A DNA stretch of 63,404 nt, counting the filler, from Elsinoe ampelina (lineage: Eukaryota), in the NCBI GenBank assembly GCA_010093995.1. It is 10 parts of 9 records of this genome, joined end to end, with 100 filler letters (N's around TTAATTAATTAA, not from the genome) between each part and the next. Parts side by side here need not be neighbours in the genome. Positions count along the whole stretch, not along the records: positions 16,666 to 43,888 come from ML992504.1; 9 more parts are not named here. One strand, written 5' to 3'. Made by a program: the position numbers and the translations under genes. Numbering within the stretch: position 1 is the stretch's first letter; each line of letters starts with the position of its first letter. The notes below the pieces were generated by a model that was not told where the DNA came from, did not search any database, and saw only the letters and a program-made list of their open reading frames with translations. Below, one piece after another: positions 23,269 to 35,298 of this stretch.

Positions 23269-26200
23269 ATGTCAAAGTACACCAAACGGAAGCTCGACGA
23301 CTTTGACCCAAACAAGAGCGACTCCGACGACGGAGATTACGACAACAGCGCACCACGTCCAACAAAATCAAAATCGAAGGGAAAGTCACGCGCATCTGCA
23401 GCTGGGCGCAAACCCGCAAAACGCAGACGAGAAAGGTACGGCGGATCCGACGAGGACATTGAGGGCGACGATTTGAGCATAAGTGAGGACGAACAATCCT
23501 TCAGCGAAGAGGAAGAAGAGGACGATGACTTGAGGACGAATACCGGTCGCAAGAAGCGCAAGGCTGCTAAAAAGCAGATCAGTTACGAGGAGAGTGACGA
23601 AGAGGTGCAGCAGACTTCAAGTGAGGAAGATACCTCACCTCGCAAACGAAAGGCCCAGCCTCCGAAAGCTGAGGTGATATCGCCTCCTCCAACGCGCAAG
23701 AGTCTCATCGTCAAACTCAGAGTCAACATGCCGCCGACAACACGAACAAGAGTAAGCAGACCTGGGAGCAGGCGCGGCCCAACGCCTGAACCCTCCGCCG
23801 CCGGTACTAGAAGGAGCAGTCGGATATCGAGGGAAAGTGTAGAGCCACTCATACAGCTGACAGACTCTGGCAAGCATACCACCATCACAAGGGAAGGCAG
23901 TGAGGCACCTTCCGAAGATGCCCCACGTCGCGCATCTCGTGGTGGAAAGGGCGTAAAGAAGATGCCAAGCGCAATCATGGAAGCTTCTCAGGAGGATTCT
24001 GAACCAATCGAAGCAGCCGACGCCGGAAGTTTCTTGAATCAACTGCAAGAGCACGCCGTCAACGAGGACACGGACATGAAGGAAGAAGAAGCCGGCAAGA
24101 CAGCACACCCCGAGGACGACCCAGCGGACGATCGCGTTCCTAGCAGTGACGCAGAGGCGGAGCTGCAGGCCGAAGTCGAGAAGGACGCCGATGCCGACGA
24201 CGATGAAGACGACGAAGGGCCGATCAACCGTAGACCGAGTCGCACCCTTCGCAGGCGAGACAAATCTGTTTCTCCAGCTCCAGCTCCAGAAGCTTCACGG
24301 CGGACGCTGAGGAATCGAAAGCCAGGCGTCGAACAGAGCAGCGACTTTGAACCCGAAGCCGAAGCCGAAGAGATGGAGGAGAATGTGTCCGATGATGAGC
24401 TGGCTGGTAATTCTCGTGCAAAGGCTACAAAGACAAGCGATTCCGACAGTGGTCCTGGGCGACGTTCCGGACGACTGGCTGTTAAGCGAACTAGAGGATC
24501 ACAACGACCAAGTGCCCACTCCGACTCAGCCGCCAGCGAACTTGATCCCGACGAGATCGCGGATGAAGCATTATCACTTGAGGAAGACAGGAGGAGAAAC
24601 AAAAGGCCACGCCGCGGACGCCGTATTGAGCAACTTTCTACGCATGAGCCAAATCTGCGCAATCGTAGCAACAGGCCAGATTACAGGGTCTTTCGTCCGG
24701 AGCTTGCGGCTGCGCTGGATGCTGACGACGACCACGCTCCGCCAACTGCATCACAACCTCGCGGAGGTAGAAAGGCGAACGGGCCTTGGCGCTCTCTGTT
24801 TTCCACACTAGGCCCCTTCGGTGGTGCAGGTGGTGGTCAGCCGGTGTTTGGAGGTCCGAGTGGCGGGGCTACAGCTGCTGCTGGAGGTGCAGATTCTGAC
24901 AGCAGTGATGACGATACGATTCGACGACCATCTCATGCAATTGGTGGAGCAGTCGGCATGACACCTACCCAAGGTCAGCAGCCGTTCGGTGGTCTCGTAC
25001 CGCAGCCTCACAATCAAGATCCGGCACAAGCAGGATCCGGGGCACCAGCGAACTTTGGCAAAGTCAAGGACAAGAAAGCACTCGCCGATGCCGACCCGCT
25101 TGGGGTTGATCCGAATGTCAACTTCGATGGCGTGGGAGGTCTCGGCGATCATATCGACAGACTCAAGGAAATGGTCGCACTGCCTTTGCTCTACCCAGAG
25201 ATCTTCCTGCGGATGCATGTGACACCACCACGCGGCGTTTTGTTCCACGGACCACCTGGTACTGGTAAAACGCTTCTTGCTCGAGCTCTTGCATCGAGCG
25301 TGTCTTCTCATGGCAAGAAAGTCACCTTCTACATGCGCAAAGGTGCAGATGCACTGTCCAAATGGGTTGGTGAGGCAGAGAGACAACTCAGATTGCTTTT
25401 CGAGGAAGCACGAAAGAATCAGCCAAGTATCATCTTCTTTGACGAGATCGACGGACTGGCACCGGTCCGTTCAAGTAAGCAGGAACAGATCCATGCCTCC
25501 ATCGTCGCAACTTTGCTGGCCTTGATGGATGGCATGGACGGCCGTGGGCAGGTCATTGTCATCGGAGCTACCAATAGACCTGATTCTGTCGATCCTGCGC
25601 TGCGCCGACCTGGTCGTTTCGACCGAGAGTTCTACTTTCCACTTCCGAACAAGGACGCTCGTCGATCGATCATTGACATCCACACCAAAGGCTGGGAGCC
25701 TCCCCTCAAGCCGCAATTCAAGGATCAACTTTCTGAACTGACCAAGGGCTACGGAGGTGCAGATCTTCGTGCTCTTTGCACTGAAGCGGCACTCAATGCC
25801 GTCCAGGGTACATTTCCGCAGATCTACAGTAGCACAAAGAAGCTCTTGATCGACCCTGCACAAATCAAGGTCTTAGCGAAGGATTTCATGATCTCTGTCA
25901 ACAAGATTGTTCCCAGCTCGGAGCGTAGTGCTAGTACCGGCTCTGCTCCACTCAAGAAGAATGTCGAGCCCTTGCTCAGGCAGAGCCTGCTAGACATTGA
26001 ATCAAGAGTTAACGAGCTTGTACCCCGCTCGAAGAAGAGGACTGCTTTGGAAGAAGCCGAGTACGACGATCGCGACGACGAATTTGGTTTTGAAAAGGAG
26101 AATCTTCAAAGAGGTGAGCGAGATTCACTCTTTTTAGTTCGAGACTGTTCTAACATGCTAGATAGAATTCGAAGGCGCTCGTATCTTCCGACCGCGGTTG

Positions 26201-28480
26201 CTCATTGCTGGCCGTCAGGGCATGGGCCAGCAATACCTTGGAGCAGCACTGCTGAACAAGTTTGATGGGCTTTACGTCTCCAACTTTGATCTGTCGAACA
26301 TCTACAAGGATTCTACTCGATCTGCCGAAGCGGCTATCGTCCAGATGTTCGAAGAGGTGAAGCGACACAAGCCAAGTGTCATCTACATTCCTAATGTCGA
26401 TATCTGGTATCAGTCGCTTCAAGAATCTGCTATCAAGACCTTCACCGGACTACTCCGGTCTCTTCAACCGACCGAGCCAGTTCTACTCCTAGGTGTGATG
26501 GAAGCAATTCCACAGAACGAAGGCCCTGATAAGAGCATGGTCCATGATTTATTCGGCTACTCGACAAAGAATACCTACCTTCTTCAACGGCCAGATAAGT
26601 TCGCCAGGCAGGAATTCTTCCAAGTCTTGATTGATTACATCCGACGTTCACCAGCGGAGTTTCCTGATCCCGATAGTCGCAAGAAGCGGATCCTTCCAGA
26701 ACTGCCAGAAGCACCCGCAGCACCAGAGGTACCAAGAGTGCCAACTAAAGACGAGCTCAAGGCTTTGAGGAAGAAGGATCGACACACTCTCAATCAGCTC
26801 AAGATATTGATTCAAGGCGTCATGGACCAGATCAAGCTCAAATATAGAAAGTTCCGTACACCGCCTATCGACGAGAGAGCATTCGCATATCTCTTCGACG
26901 AGCAGGATCCTGGAATGCTGACCACAGACTTGCCCGAGGACGAAGCTGGTCAGCACATGTATCGTCCCTACCGCATTGAGCACGACAAGAAGGGCGTCAG
27001 TGGTCTGCTTGAAGTCGCCACTGGCAAGTTCTATTACAATCTTGAGATTGTCACTATCGAGCAGCGTTTATCCAATGGCTATTACAAGAGACCTAAAGAC
27101 TTTCTTGCGGACATCAAGCGACTTGCCAAGGACGCAAAGACAAGCGGTGACTATGACCGGATCATCAAAGCGAATGAGCTGTACGCCAATGTGGAGGTTG
27201 ACATGGCTGGTATCGAAAACAACCATCCGCCATTGGTAGCCGAGTGTGAAGCTGTATACCAGCGTGAGGCCGCCCGCGAGCGCGAGGAGAAGAAGAAGCT
27301 GCAGCAAGCTGGACAGGAAGATCACGGTGCTCGCAACATCCCTCCCGACGTCACTTCTTCGACCGACCCGTCCACTGGGCCTATCATGCTCGGGATCGAG
27401 GTTCCAGCTCCCAGGACTCTTCCGCCACCCACTACGCCGCAGAAGAGCCAGCTCTCGAATGGCGTGGACCATCAGCAGAGTAACGGCTCTGGTCACGATG
27501 GAGATGTTGAAATGGCCGGCTCGCAAGACACCTCTGGTCATCATCGTCCAGACAACAGTCAGCCATTTACGACCCCAGCACCCGGCACCCAGACGCAGAA
27601 GTCGCAGCATAGCTCCATCATGCAGATGGCGCCCGGCTCTCAAGCCCGAGACTATCACAACAGTGCTAGCACCACAACCTCCGGCCAAAAGACTGGCGAG
27701 CGCTCCCGCTCTGACCGCAGCAGTGGCCACACAGGAAATACCCAACCCAGCAACCACACCAACGGCTACGGGCCAGACTTTGGTGCTCTCCCAGACATCA
27801 ACGCCGCCGGCCTTCCAGACACGCAAGAACAACTCTCCCAATTCACTCCCCACTCCAGCCCCGACGTCTTCGCCGCAACAACAACCATGGGCCCGCCCAT
27901 CGAGCCCCTCAGCACCAGCCAGCCCACCCGAGCGCCTCAATCCTCCCCGCGCAAAACATCCGACATCGACGCCCTCCTCAACCCCTCGACCTCGGCCCCC
28001 GCCGCACCAACCACAACCGCCACCTCCATTGCCGCAGCTCCGGGCCCCACTCTAATTCCAGCAGAAGCCGACCTCCTCTCCTCGCTAAGCGGCGAACTCG
28101 TCAACGCCTCTTCCGGCCTGAGCGTCGAACAACTCGAACAAGTCATGGCGTCGCTCATGCGAGCGATATGGGACACGAGACGGGAGTGGAATCGGAACAG
28201 AGTGGTGACGCAGGTGCAGATGGCGTTTAATGAGACGGTGGGGGATATTGAGAGTATGCAGGAGGTTTTGAAGAGTACGCAGGAAGACGAGGAGGAGTTG
28301 GGGCGCAGGTTTGGGGTTGGAGCGGGGGGGAGGGGGAGGGATGGGGTCGGGATGGGGAGTGTTGGTGCGGGACCGGGGGCGGGGATGGGGATGGGGATGG
28401 GGATGGGGCAGGGAGGGCAGGGAGGGATAGGGGGAGTGGGTGGAGCGAGTGGAGGGAGAGGGTGGAGGACGCAGCCTTAG
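23269..28480 (+). CDS. YTA7: AAA+ ATPase with non-canonical bromodomain (Yta7/Abo1/ATAD2 family); exons 23269-26113, 26166-28480
   Basis: Acidic N-terminus, Walker A GPPGTGKT, Walker B IIFFDEID, ATNRPDSVDPALRRPGRFDRE, degenerate second AAA domain, bromo-like IEQRLSNGYY; 52-bp intron GTGAGC..CTAAC..TAG joins the two ORFs in frame (LQR-E-FEGARIFRPRLL). Confidence 0.95.
28300..28470 (+). repeat. G-rich low-complexity tract including (GGGGAT)n encoding GMGMGMGMG
   Basis: Seen directly; numerous G3-G7 runs. Confidence 0.8.
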
Positions 28481-29125
28481 GATGGCTTGGAGGGTCATGC
28501 AGCCGGGGGAGAAAAGGGAAGTGAGAAGATTGGGAAGGGAAGCGATAGCGATGCGGGAAAGGCACAGAAGGGGACCATAGGGAAGGAAGGAAAGATTGAA
28601 GCGAAGAAGAGCGAGAAGCGAGTACATTTCGGTGAAGCAGCAGAGCCAAAACCCACGAGAAGCTCGAGGAGGGTGAGGGTTGCATGACTAAAGATCGGAT
28701 CGGGTGCATGTTAGCTTTCTGTATCACCACGACGAAATAGCTTCTTCAATCCTCCTCCGTCGCCTACCTCAACCATATCACCGATCCCCATACACGTTAC
28801 ACAAGCAGAGAGACAGCGCTTCAAGTCTCAACGTGCATCCCATTCCAAGCTACGTAGCCAAGTACTATACATCATATGCCTCGTAGCCAATGGGCACTCC
28901 CTTCCCAGCAAAGCCAAGCAAGTACTCCATAAACTCCTGCGCTTGTTCCAGCGCCGCGCTTTGTGCCCATGCGTGTATGCAGAATGGGGCGCGGCAATGC
29001 AATGCGATGCCCTGCTTGCGAGTCTATTGTAAGCAAAATCCCCCCTTCCCACTTTCCAAAACGAGCATAAAAGTCTACTGTGTCGTTCCTTCGAGCCAGG
29101 TCTTGCGTCGGTTCACCCGATCGCA

Positions 29126-31349
29126 TCATGACTGCGAGCCGCCGAAGCCAGGGATACCCCTGAATGTCTGCCCCTCGGGCAGCTTTGCCCTACCGAATCC
29201 AAGGTCCAAATCGAGGATGATTTTCAGGGCGTTCCTGCTGCGGAGGTAAGGTAAGGGAGCCTTGGACTCGCCCATACCGGTTACCGATTCGAGCTTGCCG
29301 TGAGCGCTCGACTCCTCCCTGTCGTGGCCGGGCATGGGGAGGAGACCTTGGAGGACTTCGTAGCCGGCGAGGGTGAAGCCGAATTGTGGTGATGAACGGA
29401 AGATACGTGCTGGACCGCCCTTGAAGAAGGCTTTGAAACCTTCCTCTTTGAACACGGTCCTGGCGCAGTGTGAGAGGGAGGTGTAGGTTGTGTCTCCCTT
29501 GCGGGCTTCGACTTGGAGACGGGTCTTTATTACGTCGCACGGGGTGGTGAGGTAGGCGGCGGGCATACCAGCGATGGCACCGGCGGTGAGGAGTTGAAGG
29601 ACACCTGAAAGGATTAGATGATGTATCAAGAAAGGTAATAGCGGTACTCACCGAGCTTCTTAGTGGGCGATTCGCCAAAGAAGTCCTTCTTGAGATGGTT
29701 GTATGACGGAAAATAGATGGCGGAGAAAGGCACGTCACGGAGCAGACACGCACTAGCGCCCTTGTAGAGACCCATGAGACCCAAGTTGCGGACGATCCAC
29801 ATGGCACTGCGACGTTCAACACCTTGTTGCTTCGCGACCTCACCCTGAACTTGGAGGCGGATCTTGACGATTTCTAGCGGATTAGTGAAGACGACTTGAC
29901 AAGCACCGGCAGAACCGCCAGCGAGAATCTCAGCCCATAACTTGATGTCACCAGTCTTGGGGTCTGAGAATTTGCCTCGAACGAGATCATTGACTGTGAG
30001 CTTGATGGCCTTCTCCGGAGCCACACCGACGAGCTGGGGAAGGACACCAGAGTAGAGTCCCTTGAATCCCTCGTTCTTGACAACCTTTTGAAAGCAATCG
30101 ATCGAGTTCTTGTACATGAGCTGTCCTACACGAGCAGCACGCTGGTTCTGCATTCGTGTCTTGACCAAGTCGATCGGGTAAACCATGAATGCACCGAATG
30201 CACCAGCGAGTGAGCCGAGGGCAAAGTGGTGAGCGGATGTGAGGATATCGCGCATGAGGGTAGACGATTTGGCGATGGCGTTCGCGGCAGCATCACCAGC
30301 AGCACCTAGACGTGACTCGTAGCCAGGGTGTGAAGCGACCCAAGATGGATCGAGGACACGGGAGAAGTCACTCAAACCAAGACGTCCAGTAGGTTCATCC
30401 AGACTTGCGAAGTGGAACAGAATATCGGCCTCCATCGGTGTGAAGAGAGAGAAACGTGTGACACGAGCTGCCTCGTTGAGGAAGTCTGTACGTGTGACCT
30501 TTCCATCTTCAGACTTTTCACAGGCGTTGCGAACGATCAGCTCGACAAGATCCATCTCGCGCAGGACATTCTGGAATGCGCGAACATTGGCGTATGAAAT
30601 CTTGCTTCCGCCTGAGATGTTGCAGAGAGATGTGAGGTTGGACAGGAGGTGATCGGAGAGCTTGTGCGCAGCACACTCGCGGATGATTCTGGAGAAGTCA
30701 TCAGGGTCAATGTAACCATCCTTGTCCTTGTCAAGGTATTGGAAAGCCTGGCGAATCCTCTCGCCCTGTAGACCGCGCAGCATCTGTGAAAATTGGTGGT
30801 ATGTCAAACTGTGCCTCTTCTTCTTCCCTCCGATGTAGAGCGATGCCCATTCTGAACCCCAGTTGAAAGGAATAGCCTCTTGCGATCTGTTGCGGGAGTA
30901 GACATCTTGAAAGGATTCGAAATCGACCATTCCTGTGACGGGATCTGCGAATAAGCGGTAGGCCATCTCATACTCGGCATCGGGCTTCATGAGGATGTTA
31001 TTGAAGCTCGCCCAGTCATTGAGAGAGATGCGTCCCTTGTTATGGCGGTCGGCGACTTCGAAGAGGATTGCGTATGTCTCGCGAGGGATCTTGCGCTATG
31101 CATGGTCAGACATATATCGGCCTCGATGGCCTTAAGCCATCGGAGGGAGCAGATTTGACTCACGTAATCTTCACTCTCGGGAGCAACAGCATTAATGAAT
31201 TCCTGCTTGCCCAGGTATAGTTCCCCCGTCTCCTCATCCTTGACAGCGAAGCGGTCAAATACGGCTCGAGTCTGGTTCGAGGGTGGATGGTCATCTTCCT
31301 GGTGACCCAGCAGAGCTTCCTTGACAGACTCCTTGACAGCTCCAGCCAT
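29126..31349 (-). CDS. AGC1: Mitochondrial aspartate/glutamate carrier with EF-hand N-terminus (aralar/citrin-like); exons 31349-31164, 31095-29652, 29604-29126
   Basis: Carrier signatures [49 protein letters not shown]-hand [13 protein letters not shown]; introns 31096-31163 and 29605-29651 (GTGAGT..YAG) restore frame. Confidence 0.95.
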
Positions 31350-32337
31350 GGTTGCGATCCAGCAATTGACGACGGCAGGAGGGCAGGGCGAATTGCACGG
31401 GGGATATGATCAGGATAGTACCTTGTGTAATTCCTTCAATTGCTTTTCCTTTCCAGCTTGAATTGATTTGCCAATTCCACACCTCGGCTTGAGCGGTAAA
31501 GCACTTCTCAGGGCTGTGATTGAAGCTCACAATCGATAGCTGTCGAGATGTTTGTGCAGATAAGAGACAGTCTATCCAGGTAGTGTGCACTAATTCCGGG
31601 GCGATCAGATTATGGCGGATGAATGGCGTGGAGCGCGTTGTGTAAATGCCACTGGTCAGCGGTGATGAAGCTCTGGATGCCGTCAAAAATCTGTAAACTT
31701 CGCACCCCGTCGGAGAGCTCCAGGGCCCTCTACAGCTCCGGGATCGGCAACAGCCGGCTACTCCGATCTGTACCTTTTGCTCGGTCCTTTTTTCAAGCAA
31801 TACAGTAATCTTGTCAGGGACGAAACAGCTTGTGCCTAGTTTGGTGGGTGCAAGCAAATTGACATTTTGCCTATTTGCTATCGATACAGTCCTCACAGTC
31901 ACCATCAAAGCATCTTCTTCGTAGCGCACACAATTCAAGCACCACCCTGGAGCAAGGGACGGATCGATGGAACAGGATGCAGCTTCTCGAGCTCTCAAAC
32001 GCCGATGGTCACTCAATGGGATGACGACCTTCTCAACAAATTTGTATTTCCTCACTGGATTGCCCGTATGACTGTGACTATGCATGAGCACACATTGTCA
32101 TGCTCATCGACTCACACTCGCGCGAGGTAGTATTTTCGAAGAGTATCAATACTTGAGGTGAGTCACTGGACCGGATGCCGGCATTGAGAAACAAGTGGGG
32201 GCCCTGGTCGAAGTAAGCGTCGCTGCAGCTCGATGGTATAAAGACAACAGCTTGTAAACATCACGAAAGGTATTCAAAGGCAGTCATCTCATTCTGCTTT
32301 ACCTTGCTGTCATTTCCCGTCTCTCGTTTCATTCAAG

Positions 32338-33546
32338 ATGCGAATTCGCGATCTAGGATACAGTCCTGGCGTGAAACCCACAGGGCCAAAGAATACAATC
32401 CTGGATGTGCCTGGTGTCGGACTCGCACAGGTCACCGTACCCACGGACCCCGAGAATGAGAAAGCTGCAAAGGAACAGGGCAAGCCATGCGCTGTCAAGG
32501 GTTTGACCGTCATCCTGCCACGCCCCAAAGACAGGTGTTGGTTACCTAGCCATGCTGGAACACACATCTTCAACGGCAATGGCGAATTGACAGGACGAGC
32601 ACCGATCGCGGATTGGGGATTCGTCAACATGCCTATTGTCTTCACCAATAGCTGCAGTGTCGGTGTATGCTTCGACGGTGCACAGGATTTCATGATGGAT
32701 GTCCAAGAAAAGCAAGGCGCAGATCTGATGGCCATGGCACGCAGATATGGCACTCCCAACGTCGGCGAAACCGCAGACTGGTGGATTAACAGCAAGCTCC
32801 GGCAGACGAGACTTAGCCCGGAGGATGTCAAACGATGCTTCGACCAGATCAAGACCGGGGAAGAAGGGGGTGAGGTCCAAGAAGGTAGTTTCGGAGGAGG
32901 TGCTGGTATGATGTGTAACGGCTACAAAGGCGGCACCGGTACTGCAAGTCGACTGGTTGGCGGTGACTTTGGTGGGACGGAATACACTGTTGGAGTTCTT
33001 GCCCAAACGAATTACGGTCGTCAACAGGACTTGCAGATTGGTGGAGTTCCGATTGGTCGACTTCTGGAGAAGGAGGGCCAGCGACCACCTGCCGATGTCA
33101 AGAAGTCAGAAACGGCTCAAGGCAGGGTAGAGGCCGGCAGCCTTCTTGTCCTGATCATGACAGATGCGCCACTTCTCCCACACCAGTTGGACCGGCTTGC
33201 GAGACATGCTACACTTGGCGCATCTCAGGTTTCTGGACATGGAGTCGGCCGGACCCACAGCGGCGATATCTTCCTTGCCGTCTCGACATCCGAGCATGAA
33301 GGCGAGCTCCTTCGTGGAAAAGACGGTAAAATTGGAAAGACTACAGAGACGTACCCGGTTAATGTGGTGAAGAACGAAAGTATCGATGCTTACTTTGAGG
33401 CTGTTGGTGAGGCCACCGAGGAAGCCATCCTAAACAGCATGGTTGGATCAAGAAACGGCATGTTGGCTTGCGATGGCAATTTTGTCGATGGCCTACCTGT
33501 CGATCGCGTGAAAGAATTGCTAGCAAAGTACTTGATAGTCGTCTGA
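32338..33546 (+). CDS. DmpA-like peptidase (S58/P1 family, L-aminopeptidase/D-Ala-esterase), 402 aa, intronless
   Basis: RIRDLG..G..PTGPKNTILDVPGV, NGNGELTG, EGSFGGGAGM, KGGTGTASR, autocleavage-type GS-LLVLIMTDAPL, SGDIFLAVST, EATEEAILNSM. Confidence 0.9.
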   Translation: MRIRDLGYSPGVKPTGPKNTILDVPGVGLAQVTVPTDPENEKAAKEQGKPCAVKGLTVILPRPKDRCWLPSHAGTHIFNGNGELTGRAPIADWGFVNMPIVFTNSCSVGVCFDGAQDFMMDVQEKQGADLMAMARRYGTPNVGETADWWINSKLRQTRLSPEDVKRCFDQIKTGEEGGEVQEGSFGGGAGMMCNGYKGGTGTASRLVGGDFGGTEYTVGVLAQTNYGRQQDLQIGGVPIGRLLEKEGQRPPADVKKSETAQGRVEAGSLLVLIMTDAPLLPHQLDRLARHATLGASQVSGHGVGRTHSGDIFLAVSTSEHEGELLRGKDGKIGKTTETYPVNVVKNESIDAYFEAVGEATEEAILNSMVGSRNGMLACDGNFVDGLPVDRVKELLAKYLIVV

Positions 33547-35298
33547 ATGGAAGACCGATGTCAGCCTTGATGGGTCGGAAGAGGGCCGTTCCCGGACGAC
33601 TTCTCGACCTGCGCAACCTGCTTCTTCTGTACATTGCAATAAACATCACCTCAACGAATAGCTGATTTTAGCCATCCTCCATAATATCACGTGCTTGTTG
33701 GGACATGCGGGCTGCAAGCAACCATCACATGTGCTCAATCTCAACCACGCAGGATCTAGCATGCAGGGTGGATCATCACTATGTCGGAATGCTGCATGCG
33801 AGCTTCCCCGGGTACGTACTCGTACGCCGTCAAAACATAAAATTAGCCGCCGGAAACATTGGAGGAAGTCCATCTTTTCCATTACCTCCAAGACCTCGCT
33901 TGAAGCGGTCGCGGCATCGGAAGGAGACACAGCGGCGAGCTCGAAGATCGTCATCAACGGCATAGCCCCTTCATATACTCGCGAAACTAGGCACATCACC
34001 ACGTGAGCTGAATACTGAATCAAGCAGATAGGGTGAAGCAGGGCAAAGACCCTGGACAGCCGCCGACCGTGTTGAAGGAGGCCGTTCGTCGCTTACCTGG
34101 GTCCCATGATTGGCCAGAAGCCGAGTCATGTACGCCAAATCATGCCATGTACAGAGTTGGATCTCGTCGAGGGATCTGGCCAACACTCGAAAAGACCGCA
34201 TTCAGTCCAGCGGCGCAGAGCACTGATCGCCTGGCTCAGCGAATCCTGCTCAGAGTTGCAAAGGGCGGCGCATGACTGGATTCAAAGCGGTTGATGAACA
34301 ACGCATCCGGGAGGCCATCGGACCTTGGCCGCAAGATACAAGAACCAAAGATTGTCACTACTGCATGACAGGTACATCTGCCAGTACCAACGTACTCGCA
34401 TATCTCTGCTTTACGCGTCTTCTGAGTGTAGCCATCATCGCGTCATTACCAGCTTCAGCTTCCCAGCTGCTTTCTCAATACGGCACGGGCTCTGGCCATA
34501 CGAATTGTCTTTGCTCACAAGGCGATTCTTGCCGAGGCCGGGGCACTGACTCTGGCGCTGTTTCGACCGTGTCAAGCCGATAAAGACCCCACGCTCTCGC
34601 TCCTCATCAACGACGAGGGTTTCTGTCTCTAAAGCAGGACTACGACGACTGCTCCTCTTCAGGTCGAAAATCTCTACACTTGCTCACCAGCCTCAAACAA
34701 CCTTGGTTCTGAGACATTTTCTGTGGCTCTCGCTGTAGCCGGTCGATCAGTGCAGCACGACCCACGGTTCTCTTCAAAAAAGGGTCCCCGCCAACGCCGC
34801 TGGCTCGCCTACCGTCACCTGTGGAAGCCCCGCAATCCTCTATCCTCAACCCACGAAAGGTCGCAAATAAAACATCATTTCTGGCCTGGCCGCGTGGACT
34901 TGGCTGAACGAAGCAAATCTGTGGTACCACGTTTACAGATCGTCCAGGTCGCCCTCTGCACGTCTGCGGCGTCATTCCTGACTAAGAGCCGCAGGATTTG
35001 CTATTCCTCGTCCCCCATTCGTCAGTCGCCTCGGACTTGCCGACCGGGTGGCGGTGCTCAACCTGCAATAACCAAAACGCAAATTCAGTGCTCCATATTC
35101 AGGCATGCGGCTCAGTCTTTGATGGGACTCGGTCGTCATTGTGGCCTCCTCGCTATATTCGCATCATACTCTGCATCCTTCCATTCACTGACCTGGACCT
35201 ATTTTCTGACTGTCATGACCATGTGACTTTACCTCTGACAATATCGCTCTGAATACACTGACCAACCTCATTCTAATTCTACATGGTACTATACAACA

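Noticed and set aside
31291..32091. 266-aa minus ORF upstream of AGC1
   Set aside because: Overlaps the AGC1 start out of frame, no recognisable domain; probably divergent promoter/UTR.
32338..33546. Horizontal transfer of intronless DmpA-like gene
   Set aside because: The family occurs in fungi and composition matches neighbours; no support without a phylogeny.
33646..35252. Cluster of short overlapping ORFs between the peptidase and methyltransferase genes
   Set aside because: No coherent frame, splice model or motif found; a decayed gene cannot be excluded.
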